A stretch of DNA of 64,000 nt, taken from Chara braunii. Taxonomy: Eukaryota > Plantae > Charophyceae. A program made the position numbers and the translations under genes. The stretch covers positions 767,577 through 831,576 of the forward strand of contig BFEA01000029.1 of the NCBI GenBank assembly GCA_003427395.1. The letters run 5' to 3'. The notes under the pieces were generated by a model. That model saw only the letters and a list, made by a program, of their open reading frames with translations. It had not been told where the DNA came from and did not search any database. This document shows positions 13,620-25,813 of the stretch, in pieces (the stretch's first letter is position 1; each line of letters begins with the position of its first letter).

Positions 13620-16600
13620 CTAGGCCTGCGGTAGTCTATCCCACAAGATGTCTGAGTAGTGGATTCTGTCTTTTTCGAGTAATTCTGCCCATTTAAAAGG
13701 AGATGACCACTTACTGTGAAAGGTCCGTCTGGCTACTTCCTTAGACTCAAACTGGCGTTTAATTCTAATCCAGTCTGCCATAATTTCTATTCTGATTGAG
13801 TGCTTAAAGTTGGATAGCAGGGAACCAGTTGAGGATTTGGAGTTGAGAAAGAGTCTATCATTTCTAGCCATCCAGAGGGCCCAGAAGACTCTGGACCTGA
13901 AAATCTGAGCTAACATTCCAATTTGATGGTTGACTATGAGAGGATTTAACCTCCCTGTAATGACGACTTCCTGAGTCCAGAAACCTGTGTAGCTGTATGC
14001 CTTTGCCCACCAGGAGTCCAGAGTGTCCCAGAAGCCTCTCGCAATGACACATTCCCACCACAGGTGCAACCAGTCCTCCAGACACGGATGGGGGCAGGCG
14101 GTACAAAGGGTAGATATGTCCATTCCTTTCTCCGCACACCAGAGGGAAGTAGGGACACAGGAGTGGAGATGCATCCATTGGAGGCCTCCCACTTTGGCCT
14201 CCAGAGTGGAGGATATGAGTTGAATGAAGAAGATCAGCCATTTGGAGTCGAGTGGACGAAGCTTGAGGGATGATGATCTTCTTTGCCAGGTTGCCGTAAG
14301 GCCAGCCTGCAGCGTCTGGGCTCCTGAGTGTAATGCGTAACCAACCTGTGCGGTGTAATCCTTGATGGGAATTTTATTGGACTTGCCTTCTGCATCTGTG
14401 ATGGTCCAACCATATCTGCATATGTCGGTCTTCTACTGACTGAGGGGCTTTGCTTGCATAATGGTACGGTATTCTGGAGCTCCTCCTGATGTAGTTGTCT
14501 GCTGTATCTTGACTTCATGTAATCCTTCTGTGTTGAGCTGTTGGACCGTCCTGGATTGAATTAGAACATTCCCTTGACGGGACCATTCCGAGGCTTCCAC
14601 TGTGTCATCCTGGTTGGTCTTGATTACCCTGTAGAAGGTATCATCTGAAGAATCGTGCTTGAGCCATTGTTGTTCCTGTACATGATGTTCAGGTTTCCGT
14701 AGTGTGTCCAGCCAAGAGCTTGGGATGGCGTCAGTGATTTCCTTCAGGTGGGCTGCAGATCGATGAAGACCAGTGAGCTGTGGTTTGAGGTCCTTGGGTT
14801 CCCTCCATTTCTTGGTGTCTTGATTCCAGATATGGCGCACAAGCCATACTCCCCGCTGCATCCATTTGAGGGCGAAGTTGCCGGGGGCTTTTGCAACAGA
14901 AAAGGGGAGCCCCGCTGCATCGCGAATGAATGGGTTTTCGAAAAGTGAGGTGTTGAGTATCTCTTGGCGAGTGTTTGGTGCGTCCATCAGTTGAGGAAGC
15001 ATTTTGGACCATGCCGTGAGAATGTATGACCAGGTGGGTGTATTCGGTCTGGAGGTGAAGGGGTGCATTAGAAGAGCAGTCCAGACTGCATCCGGATCCG
15101 ATAGGTTCCAATGTTCTGCCAGCGAGTGTTGAGCTAGGATGATCCACGGCTGTTGTTCTACCGTTGTCAGCGCCCTGATGGGCCATTTGGCGAGGAGTGC
15201 GCGGTTCTGTGTTTCCGGGTCACGGACTCCAAGGCCTCCTGCCTTTTTCTTTTCGGTTATTTTCTTCCAACTAACTTTACTGATAGCGGATTGGACCTCA
15301 GAATTGCCCTTCCACAGGAATCTGGTTAGTAAGCGTCTCTTGTTGGTGAAGGAGCTGGGGGAGGGAGCCCTGATTGACAGTATGTACCAGATCTTAGAGG
15401 ATATGAATGTGTAATAATAATCGCCCTCCCGAACAGCGATAAGAAGTGTGTTTTCGACCAGGTAGCGCAAGCATCCCTAATCCTGTTTTCGACAATAGTC
15501 TGTTGAATGTCCGTGGTGTTACCGAAGGATACCTGGATACCCAGGTATCTTTCGGGTTCTGTTTCTGGCTTGACTGGGATACCCAGATCATAGGCCAGGG
15601 GAACTGCGTTTGGAATGAGGGCATTGGATTTTTGCCAGCTCACTCTCATTTCAGAGGCCAACTCGTATGTTGAAAGACACTGTTCCAATGCCATAAGAGA
15701 GGCGGTGGTATTGTCTGAAATGGCTGAGAAGTCATCTGCTAGAGCAGGGACTTTAATGACGTAGGATGGAGAAAGTTGTAGACCGGTGTATTCTGGGTGT
15801 GCCCTGACCATGTTGAGCAGAACTTCGAGTTGAATCACAAATAGTGAGGGTGCAAGTGGGCACCCTTGACGAAGGGATCGGGTGACTCTAAATGCCTCCG
15901 AGGGGTGGCCATTGACCAGGACTCTCCCTGAGGATGCACCGTAGAGGGCTCAGACAAATTTGCGAAAGTTCTGGCCCACCCCTAGTCTACTTAACGTGGC
16001 GTGGAGAAAGTCCCAGTTCACGCGGTCATACGCTTTCTGGAAATCAATGAGAATTACTGCTTTGTTCAGGTTATGGTTCCTTATCCAGTCTATGGATTGA
16101 GAGATTGTCATTACGTTACCTAAGACTTGTCTACCCGGTATAAAACCAGACTGGTTCGGGTGTACTAGTTTAGTTAGTAGTGGGTTGATGCGGCGCGCCA
16201 AGGTTTGGGCCAAGATCTTACCATGTACATTGAGGAGTGATATCGGTCTGTAGTTACGAACATCTGTTTTATCGCCTTTTTTGTACAGCAGTGTAATTAT
16301 ACCCTCGGCCGTGTGTGGGCCTAGTGGTTGGTCCGCCAAGATTTGGTTAAAGATGCGGAGCAGGTCCGGGGCGAGGATTGGCCAGAATTTGATGTAAAAT
16401 TCGACCGGTAGACCATCGGGGCCCGGGCATTTGCCTTTCACCATGCTATCTACAGCAGCGGTAAGTTCTGTTAATGTGATTGGACCCTCCAGCGAGGCTG
16501 ACTCCATATCAGATAGAAGACGGTTGGTTGAGTCCCAAAGTGCATGTTCTAGGTGGGGGGGGATGACGGGGGAGTTGGGTGGTTTTTCGGAGGTTAGCAA

Positions 16601-17881
16601 CTGTTCGTAGAACAGCCTAACGAATTCACATAAGGAAGCTGAGTCTTTAGCTGGGGGGTGTGAGGGGTCTGTGGGGTGTGACAGATTAGTAATCCGGGTG
16701 GAGCTGCGTAAGTGGTTGATTGCTGAGGCCGTTTTGCTGGTAAGGCGGTCGGTGGAAAGGATTCTTTCTATTTGTCGATGTGTTGTCCAAAGGTTGTGGT
16801 GTTTAATTTGCAAATTCTGCCATTCTTGAATTAGTCTGCTTCTCTTTTTATGGGTCTACCGCTGCTGAGAAGGAGTCAATGGGTTTCTTCTCAATTTGTT
16901 CTATTTTCCTTTTTACTTGGATTTCATTGTATCTCCTGTTGACAGCTTTGACCCTTGAGATCAGATTCAGTTGGTTTGATATCAGAGATAGGCCGTTGTC
17001 CAGCCACTGTCCTTCGTTATCAAAGATTGTTGTATTTACTCTCCATTCCTCCCATGTACTACGTACCCAATCTACCACCCCTGGGTCTTCTAGAACGTGG
17101 AGGCTCAATCTGAATAGGCCCTTTCCCTGTGAAAGCTGAGTCCCCAGATTCAAGCGTATCCATGCGGGGATGTGATCGGACATTGGTTCAGTAGTGGTTT
17201 CCGCTTTATTGACCAGTTGAAGTGCATCGTCATTGACCAATATGATATCAAGTCTCCTGTGGGTGTAGATTCCGTCCTCCGTAGGATTCGAGGATGCCCA
17301 TGTATACTGGCGAGATTCAGGATGGAGTGTGCAGAATGGGTCAAAGAGGCCAATGTCGATCATGAGATCATTGAGAGTGGCCGATTCCCCAGGATATGCC
17401 AGAGGTGTTGTTGAGTCAATATCCGGGTTTGGGACTGTGTTCCAGTCCCCCCCCACTATCAGAAATTTGGTATTTGGAATGACCCCAGATAGTGAGCGGA
17501 GGAAGGCTGATTTGGTGCTGTGATCATATGGCGTGTAAACTGACATAACTCCCCAGATCTGGTTATCAATATCTAAAGTGACCCAGCACCAGTGTCCCAG
17601 TGGATCAATTTTGTTATGTGAGTAGCAAGACCTTTGTGGATCAATATGCCTGTGCCCCCTTTGGTACCCTGAGCAGGGGCCCATATTTGTGGCCCATTCC
17701 ACCAGATTGGCATGGAGGCTAATCTTTCCTCTGAAAGTTTAGTCTCCTGCAGCAGTGTGACTGTTATTCTCTGAGAGTGGATCCATGACTTCAGGCGAGA
17801 ACATTTGTATTTTCCTTTATTATCAATCAGTCCGCGGATGTTCCAGGTGGCTACAGATAGCCTACCTTCCATTGGCCGCAT
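13620..17881 (-). pseudogene. LINE-B ORF2: APE-RT-Cys/His domain
   Basis: TWNIRGL, LQETK, GDWN, RRLD, SDH; KCPGPDGLP, NYRPISLLN, DFQKAYD, ALADD, YLG; CTAC..EDWLHLWWEC; several frameshifts and stops. Confidence 0.93.
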
Positions 17882-19901
17882 TCAGCTGCTGCCCGGGTTG
17901 GATCTGCAGCAGGGATGCCCCTGGGGTGGCCATTAGATTCGGGACGTCCCAGGGGATCTTGGTCGACTCCAGGATGAACCTGGAAAAAATTGACTGTTCC
18001 CTTGGGATCAGTTCGTCCAGCTCCGCAATGATGTCCCCCTTGATCCCATCCCCGAGCGCCGGATAGAAACGTTCTTTGGTGTTACTCTGCTTGAACCAGG
18101 CCACAGGCGCCCAGAACAGACCTTTGTCCACTTGGGTCGGGTCTGTTCCTGGGGCTTGAGCTGCCTCCAAGCACATGCTGAGGACTGGGTGCACTTTTCC
18201 AGAATGTCCCTTTCTGTACATTGTCGAGCAGGGCATGGAAGCGACAGGACGCACGAAGTAACGCTTATCCAGGAAATTCCTTGCTGAGAAAAGGAAGTCA
18301 TTGGGGTGAGGGAACGTGGTGGAGGTGACCGATGGGAGGAACAGTTCATTACTTTCATTCTGTTGTAGCAAGAGAAGTGTGGTTTGGTTGGCCTGTTTGA
18401 AGATGAGAGGGGGCATTACATACGGAGTATCCTGTTGTGCCGCTGGTGTACCTGGTCCCAGCAAGGTCGGGCCCTGGAAGGATTGCAAGGGAATTGCAGA
18501 GTCCATATCTTTCGTGCCCTTGGTCATGTGGTCCTGTTGAGTGGGCTGTGGCTGCGCCGCTGAAGGTGATGGATTCAGGTCTGTTCCCGGGAGTGGATTC
18601 ATGCTGTCCTTATAGGTACTGCCAATCGGAGTGGTCAGCTGGAGAGAGAAACCAGAGGCAAAACATGCTCCTCTCTCCCCCGCTGCATTTGAGAGTGCAG
18701 ACCGCTCGTTGGAGGGACCGATCGGTCGCCAACCAAGTTTCCCGGTGGGCTGAGGCAGCTTGCCCATACCATTGGGTTGGCCGGGGCGGTTACCTCCGGG
18801 GTGTGGTTGCTGTGGGTTGTAGCGTGGTTTGGTGGCGTTCTGGTTCCAGTGGGGTTGCTTCTTCTTGTTGTTGAGCTGCTGAAGTTCCCTGTCGTTGAAG
18901 GCAAACCCTTCCCACTGATTTCTCCTCACCCCTGGGGGGGGAAACAGTTGGGATGCTGAGTGGGAAGACCAGAGACCTGCTGGGTATGGGTTCCCCGAGG
19001 TTGATCTCTGTCTGTTTCCCTCTTGTGACCTGCAGTCATCCGATGTGTGGCCGTACCTGTCGCAGAATTCACAGTAGGGGCAATTGTCAGGCTTGTGACC
19101 ATATCTGTTGCATTGGGAACACCAGGGTGTATTTGAGTTAATTAGGTCTGCCATTAAGTAGTCCGATCCAATCCAAATTTTGAGGCGCGGTCTGAAGCTT
19201 TCCTCTGCATTGGGGTGGAGCTGAAATTTCAGGTTCCCCAACTTCGGGTCTTCAGGATCACTAAAAGGATCAAATTCCTTAATTATTTTGCCCATTACAG
19301 TTTCCAAAGTTGTTCTGATGAACAGGGAAGCGGCAATGGGGAAACGCATGGCCATTACCCAGTAGTTTTTCCTTTTATCTTCTTCCCGTTTTGTTTCCCA
19401 TTCCGCCTTGGGTAACCCGGGGCGAAAGAAGACGAAGCGCCATTTATTGCCCTCTTTGAATTTCATCTCCGTTTTTGTCTGCAACAGCCATTCAACAACC
19501 TTCATGTTCTTCGCTAAATATGTCATCTAACCTCTACCCTCCATGTGTGTGGTTCCTTTCTGTGTCTGAGATTCCTCTTCAGTGAGAACCGAATCTTCCA
19601 GGAAACGGATCAGGTCCACATTTTTGTCATTGGACCAGTTTTTGGTTTCGCCCTGGAAAACTATAGCGACTGTCATCTTTTTCAAGAACTCATTTTGGAC
19701 CGTCTGCAGTTTTTCCGTGGGGCGAACCTCAATGCAGTCTTCTTCATCGTTCACTTTCGTTTCTACGTAGGCAGATACATTCTGGGATATGTTGTCAATG
19801 TACCAACCCTTCATCATACTCTGAAGTTTTTGGGTTTCGTCATCCATGAGATCGATGTCGGGAGTGGCACTAGTCCCGGGCAGGGAGCGTTCGGCTTCCA
19901 T
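17862..19901 (-). pseudogene. LINE-B ORF1 with tandem CCHC knuckles; one in-frame TAG at 19527-19529
   Basis: CSQCNRYGHKPDNC and CEFCDRYGHTSDDC; ORFs 19527-19901 and 17862-19526 are in one frame. Confidence 0.88.
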
Positions 19902-20129
19902 AGCGCTGTTTGGTGAGATTCTGATAAGGGAGGCGAGTGTGGTGGGTGGGGTTGTTTAGTTTAAGGATAAGACGGTAGTGATGTGAGAATGTGTGGCAGG
20001 TAAAAAGAGGCGTAGAGGGGGGGGAGGGGGCGCGATATTAGTGTGGGGGAGTTGAACTGTGTGTGGGAGAGGGTGCATTGTTGGTGACAGGGCAGATAGG
20101 ACGGACGCGCGAGTAGGGAGTATAGGGAG

Positions 20130-20165
20130 GTCTCTTATACACATCTAGATGTGTATAAGAGACAG
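20130..20165. other. Nextera mate-pair junction adapter (artefact)
   Basis: GTCTCTTATACACATCT+AGATGTGTATAAGAGACAG: back-to-back Tn5 mosaic ends, first 2 nt missing. Confidence 0.97.
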
Positions 20166-20194
20166 GTACAGAGCGAGCACAAGCACACACACAC

Positions 20195-20259
<65 letters not shown>

Positions 20260-20468
20260 CCCGCAGGCAGGCCGACAGACATGCAAACAGACGTAGATAC
20301 AGGCAGACAGACAGACAGACAGAAAAACAGCGTAGTAGACAGAAGGGCAGGAAACAGACAGAGGCACTGACAGACCGGCAGGCTAACGAATGTGGTATGG
20401 CTCAAAGATAAATGGTAGATAAGAGGACACAACCGACCAATCCGACAATTCAAATATCTCACCCTTAC

Positions 20469-20621
20469 CTTCTTCTTGATCCCAGTCTTCTCCTTGATGT
20501 CCCGCCTTCCGCGGATCGTTGCACATCTGTCGAGCAGCTCCGACGGCGTCGTGATCTCCGCTGCTTGGCGAAGTTTGACCGCATTCACCGGGCCCACCCC
20601 ACTTAGCTCCTCCACCTTCAT
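20469..20621 (-). CDS. Exon 1 (51 aa) of a DUF4332-like helix-hairpin-helix protein
   Basis: MKVEELSGVGPVNAVKLRQAAEITTPSELLDRCATIRGRRDIKEKTGIKKK fits the DUF4332 N-half pattern (GIGP..A.KL..AGI.T...LL...AT..GR..LA..TGI); similarity ends at a canonical phase-0 donor AAG|GTAAGG. Confidence 0.75.
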
Positions 20622-21157
20622 GATTGCCGACCAAGCTTAAGGATGGCAAGACGAGTATGCACGCTCTACGAATCACTACTACGCTGCCCTGTCTGTGTCT
20701 CTCTAGACCAATTGCTCTCGGAGAAGTTGGAGTCCCTTACGCGAACCTAAATGTTGTCGAACTGCTGACAAGCCCCAAGAGAGAATGCAGAACTCAACGA
20801 AATTCGTAGGAAGAATAAACAAGAAATGATCTCCCTGTCTGTTTGACCAGCTCGCTTTGCGAAGCCCCTCCCTTGTATTACGAATCTCTACGATTCCGTC
20901 TGTTCGAGGAACGAGAGTGCAAACAGATCCTGGAAGGCTGGAAGATGATGACAAGCTCACAGGCAGTGGGACTTACTGGCACGACATGACCGGAATGACC
21001 GCAGTAACTCCAAGTTGCCTAATAAACACTCTTTTACTGAGCCCCCTCCGAAGCAATTCTTCACTTCACTAAGTTCAGTTCATACATTACCCTCACACTA
21101 CTAGCAGTACATGTACCGTGGCTGGACTCACCAGACAGTACAAGTGATCGTTCCAAG

Positions 21158-21199
<42 letters not shown>

Positions 21200-21216
21200 C
21201 CTCTCTCCCCCTCTCT

Positions 21217-21247
<31 letters not shown>

Positions 21248-21662
21248 GCGACTCGCACCTTCAACAGGGATCCCCTTCGTCACAGGCAGGACGGAAGCGC
21301 AACCCTCTGGTGTTCAGGTTACAGTGTGTTTAGGCCGGGATGGTTGCCTCCGAGACACGATCACGAATAGGTGTCTCCGCAATGCTATGCAGTCGTAGGA
21401 TGGGTCGCTATTTATGTATCCCGCCTCGGTCTCGGGAAGGGATCTAAGATGAGAAAGTGGTCGAACGTCAGCGGACTGCAGCACACCCAGACAAAGTTTA
21501 GCGGCTGTGTAAGAGAGAAAAGACGAACGCGCTCCACACTGTCCAAGTCTACGAGCATGTGTGCGTGGCGCGCGGTACGTCTGCCTCCCTGATTCGCGGA
21601 GAGGCAGAGAAGACCACTGCCGTACCTTCCCCTTGCACGTGCTGTGCAGTGTGTACCCCTCT

Positions 21663-21694
<32 letters not shown>

Positions 21695-21706
21695 CAGAGG
21701 GAGAGN

Positions 21707-22941
21707 GTATGTGGTTGAAGATTGGGGCTAGGGGGGAAGGGGTTGGAGGCGATTTGGGAAGAGTCCGGTTGAGGCGGAGGGGTGAGGCGAAGTGAGATGT
21801 ATGTAGTCGAAGATCTGGGCTAGGGGCGGAGGCGTTGAGGGCGATATGGGAGGAAGATCTGAGTGACGGGTATTTGGAGGAATAATCATGGGAAGAAGAA
21901 GAAAACGGGCAGTGGGTGTGGAGAAAGGCAGTGGGGAGCGCAACGTGGGCCAGGCGAGTCAGAGTTACGGGAGGGATTCGGTTTCCTTTACACAGAAAAG
22001 ACAGAAAGGATCGGTGGGGAGGGAATCGAGGAGAGATGAGGTGTGGTGCATGTGGTCGGAGGTCGGGCTAGGGGGGGAGGGGTTGAAGGCGATTTGGGAA
22101 GAGCCGGGTTGAGGCGGAGGGGTTAAGGCGAAGTGAGATGTATGTAGTCAAAGAGGTGTGTCGAGGGAAGGGAGTTAACTGGGATTCGAGCGGGCAAGGT
22201 GGGAGAGGTGTGTACTAACAATGGTATGGGGAGGGCTAGGTGTGGTGTATGTGGTCGAAGATCGGGGCTTGAGGGGGTGGGGTTGAAGGCGATTTGGGAA
22301 GAGTCGGGTTGAGGCGGAGGGGTTGAGGCGAGGTGAGATGTATGTAGTCGAAGAACTGGGCTAGGGGCGGAGGCGTTGAAGGCGATATGTGAGGAAGATC
22401 CAAAGGACGGGTATTTGGAGAAATAAAGGAAGGAGAGGAGACCGGGCAGTGGGTGTGGATAAAGGTTGTGGGGAGCGCTACGCGGGCCAGGCGGGTCGGA
22501 GTTACGGGAGAGACTCGGTTTCCTTTACACAGAAGAGACAAAAAGGGTCGGTGGGGAAGGAGTTGGGGAGAGATGAGGTGAGGTGTATGTGGTTGGAGGT
22601 CGGGCTAGGGGGGGAGGGGTTGAAGGGGATTTGGGAAGGGTCGGGTTGAGGCGGAGGGGTTGAGGCGAGATGAGATGTATGTAGTCGAAGATCTGGGCTG
22701 GGGGCGGAGGCGTTGAAGGTGATATGGGAGGGAGATCTGAAGGACGATTATTTGGAGGAATAAGCGGGGGAAGGGGAAGAGACCGGGCAGTGGGTGTGAA
22801 GAAAGGCAGTGGGGAGCGCGACGCAGGCCAGGCGGGTCGGAGTTACGGAAGGGACTCGGTTTCCTTTACACAGAAAAGACAGAAAGGGTCGGTGGGGAAG
22901 GAGTCGAGGAGAGATGAGGTGTGATGTATGTGGTCGGAGGT
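21707..22941. repeat. Purine/G-rich tandem array, unit ~340 bp, three full units plus partials
   Basis: Anchor TCGGTTTCCTTTACACAGAA at ~21978, ~22516 and ~22856. Confidence 0.9.
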
Positions 22942-23679
22942 CGAAGTTAGAGGCGGGGGAGAGGCCTGCGGAGCAAAAGGGGGGAGCTGAGAATTAAGTC
23001 ATAGTGCGGGTCGGGATGGGTCGAGATTCTTTCTGGTGCCGACTTACTATGCACGGAAAAAACAAAAAGTCGCGAACGGGTCCCGGAAATAGGATTCCGG
23101 TATGATGACTCTGTATTCGGAGGAAAGAAGAATTAGTAAAAATAACAGAGAAAGCGAATCGACCGCCAGAGGACGGAGTTATGCGATCGACTGGGGAAAA
23201 AACTATTATCTTCGGGATAAGTAGGGCTCTCACCAGCTCTTCGGGGGAGGAAAGTGCTGCAGTTGTAGAGACAGAAGCCGATGACGTAGCTGTCGTGATG
23301 ATGATATCGCCCACGATGGCCGTTGATGACTAAGGCCGCTCCGGAAATGCTGTTCTAGGTAGACTCCTGTAGCGGAGTGCTCGAGTGTGAGCACTACGCT
23401 GGTTGATCTGGTTGGATCTGGACATTGGCTCGGGTAAGGGGGAGGTGGTCTCAAGAGGTAAAGTTTTCACCGTGGTATGAAGGTCTCACGATGAGTCGTC
23501 AACTTTTACCACATGACCTTCTCCACACATGGTAGAAGGTAGGATAGCTATGGTGAAATTAGGTCACGCATAAGCCCAAGCCACACGAGCAGCGCAGGCG
23601 ACAAGAGCGCCGCTGAAGTCGCGTGCCGATCCGTCCCCCTTGTTCTGGAGTGGCCAAAACAATCATGGTCGTGCAACTA

Positions 23680-23990
23680 CAGAAAACAAACAGCAGACCC
23701 ATTGGAATAGTAGTACATCCAGTGGAACAGTGAACCACAAAACAAACGCTTTGGATATGGAAGAGGAGTGCGTCAGGAGCAGTAATATCCCATTCGGAGC
23801 CTTGCTACTCAGTCCCTGTGCGAATCTGCCCACTCGGAAAAACAAATAGCAGACCCACTGGAATAGTAGTGCATCCAGTGGAACAGTGAACCGCAAAACA
23901 GACGCTTTCGATATGGAACAGGAGTGCGTCGGGAAGTAATATCCCATTCGGGGCCTTGCTTCACTACGCACTCCCTGTGCAAATCGGCCT
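23680..23990. repeat. Tandem duplication of a ~155-bp unit
   Basis: AGCAGACCCA(T/C)TGGAATAGTAGT...CATCCAGTGGAACAGTGAACC occurs twice. Confidence 0.85.
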
Positions 23991-25106
23991 CGCTTCACTA
24001 CTCGCTCCCTGTGCGAATCGGGGTGAGTAGTGCCGCTGCAAAAACTCACCCACCCGGATATCCATGTCGGGGCGAAACCCCGAGATAGAATTTTGGGGTA
24101 AGTACGTACCCCGAAACCGGTTTCCCAAGCCTGCAACGCTCCAGGTGTGGTGGTACCTCTCGGCCACTCACCCTGGTGGGTGAGTGAGTCGCGATGATAG
24201 AGGTGCAGCCATGACTGCCTTGTCCACACTCTCTCACCCGGGAACAACATGAACACAGAAGGTATTCCGGGCTAATGCAATGCAAGGAACGGTGGGGTGA
24301 ATTCAATGCCGCACATCACTCACCCTGGCTCACCAGTACATATGTGAGGTGAGTTCTCTTTCGTGTGAGGGCTACACAGGTCTCTTCCAGATAAAATAGG
24401 AAATTCATAGGTACTACATTATGCCAGATCGCACAGAAGTGAGTCAAGAAGGTGGGCAGCAGGCCCGCACACCGCGGGAAAATCAAGGGCGGGTGGGGCC
24501 GCTTCATCAAAACCAGGCGAGGAGAAGGACTCGACCTCTGTAGGAGCTGACCCTTGTGTGGTGTGCACGCAGGTTTGCATTTGCAATCAATGCTGTGAGC
24601 GGTCAGGGTCTGGAGGGTGCAGCTCGAGAAGGCTCACAAGCTATCGCGGCCGATCAAGCACCTGTGACTTGTAATGTTGCAGGGCAGGGTAGTGGGACCG
24701 GCCAGACCAGCTAGGCCGTGCTTTAGCCTTGGTGAGTGTCACATCCAGCCACAATAACCGCTGATGTTGTTGGATGCCTGTCGTACGTCGATTGACAATT
24801 TGTGTAGCAGGTCTATAGTTGTGATGGGAAGTCCCAAATGCCAAGGTCCCAAAACCAGTTCCTAATTGTAATTTTGTTGGCTCGGTTGATGCCGACCGAG
24901 GATAGCCACTGTGTGAACCAATGTCGTCCACTTAGTGTCCAACCGAATGTGTAGTTGCTGGCATGCTGCTACACAGGTCTCTTCCCGATAAAATAGGAAG
25001 TTGATAGGTCGTAGATGATGCCAGATCGCACGGAAGGGAGTCAAGAAGGTGGTCCCCAGGCCTGCACACCTCCTAAAACAACCCAACTCCATCCATCGTC
25101 CCACAA

Positions 25107-25780
25107 GTGACGTCGTCGTCTTGCAGGGAATGGTGGAGCGAGCGAATGAACGATGGAAGTTGGAGGCAGAAACGCTCGACTCCCGATATTGAAGGCGGAT
25201 ATGAGGCTGGTCATGAATGGAGCAGCACATTGGTTGAGGAGTATGGACTCCGATCCGGTCGACGCTGGAGAGCTGGAATGAAGAAGTTCCTCCTTGCTTT
25301 GAATGAGCGGTTGGAACGGAATGATGTTGGAAGAGACTTCATGTACTGCATCAACTTGGACGTGTTGTGGTTTATCAGCAATCAGTGGCTTGTCGAAGTG
25401 GAGGGTCAGTGTTGAACTTCCTATGTCGAAGGTCCCCTGCTGGTGTCTCCATCAACCGTAGATCCGGTCTATGAAACCGTTTGAGCATGTGTGAGCAGGA
25501 GCGTGCACACTTAAGCACGCGCTTAAGGACCTCCCTACCGCGCTCAAACGTGCTCAAAGTGTTTTGAGACGCAAGTGCTCGTCAAAAAAAGTGCGCGCAT
25601 GTGCCATGGGGTTGTGCGAAGGCAGGGGATGTCGTGGGGGCGGTTGCGCAGAAAACAAAAGTTGGGTGGTTGGGGGTGATTTTTGTTTGGGGGAGGGGGA
25701 AAGAGGGGGGGCTGGGGGGGGAAGGTGGTGACTCTTTCTCTCTCTCTCTGTGTCTCTGTCTCTGTCTTTCTCTCTCTCTC

Positions 25781-25813
<33 letters not shown>

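Larger units (their letters stand above)
13222..20129 (-). mobile_element. Near full-length L1/Tx1-clade LINE (LINE-B); 5' end abuts an adapter
   Basis: Poly(A) tail (T-run 13222-13245), ORF2 and ORF1 with few disruptions. Confidence 0.92.

Noticed and set aside
20145-20468. Remainder of the 158-aa ORF after KKK
   Set aside because: It runs through a splice donor into microsatellite and adapter sequence; intronic
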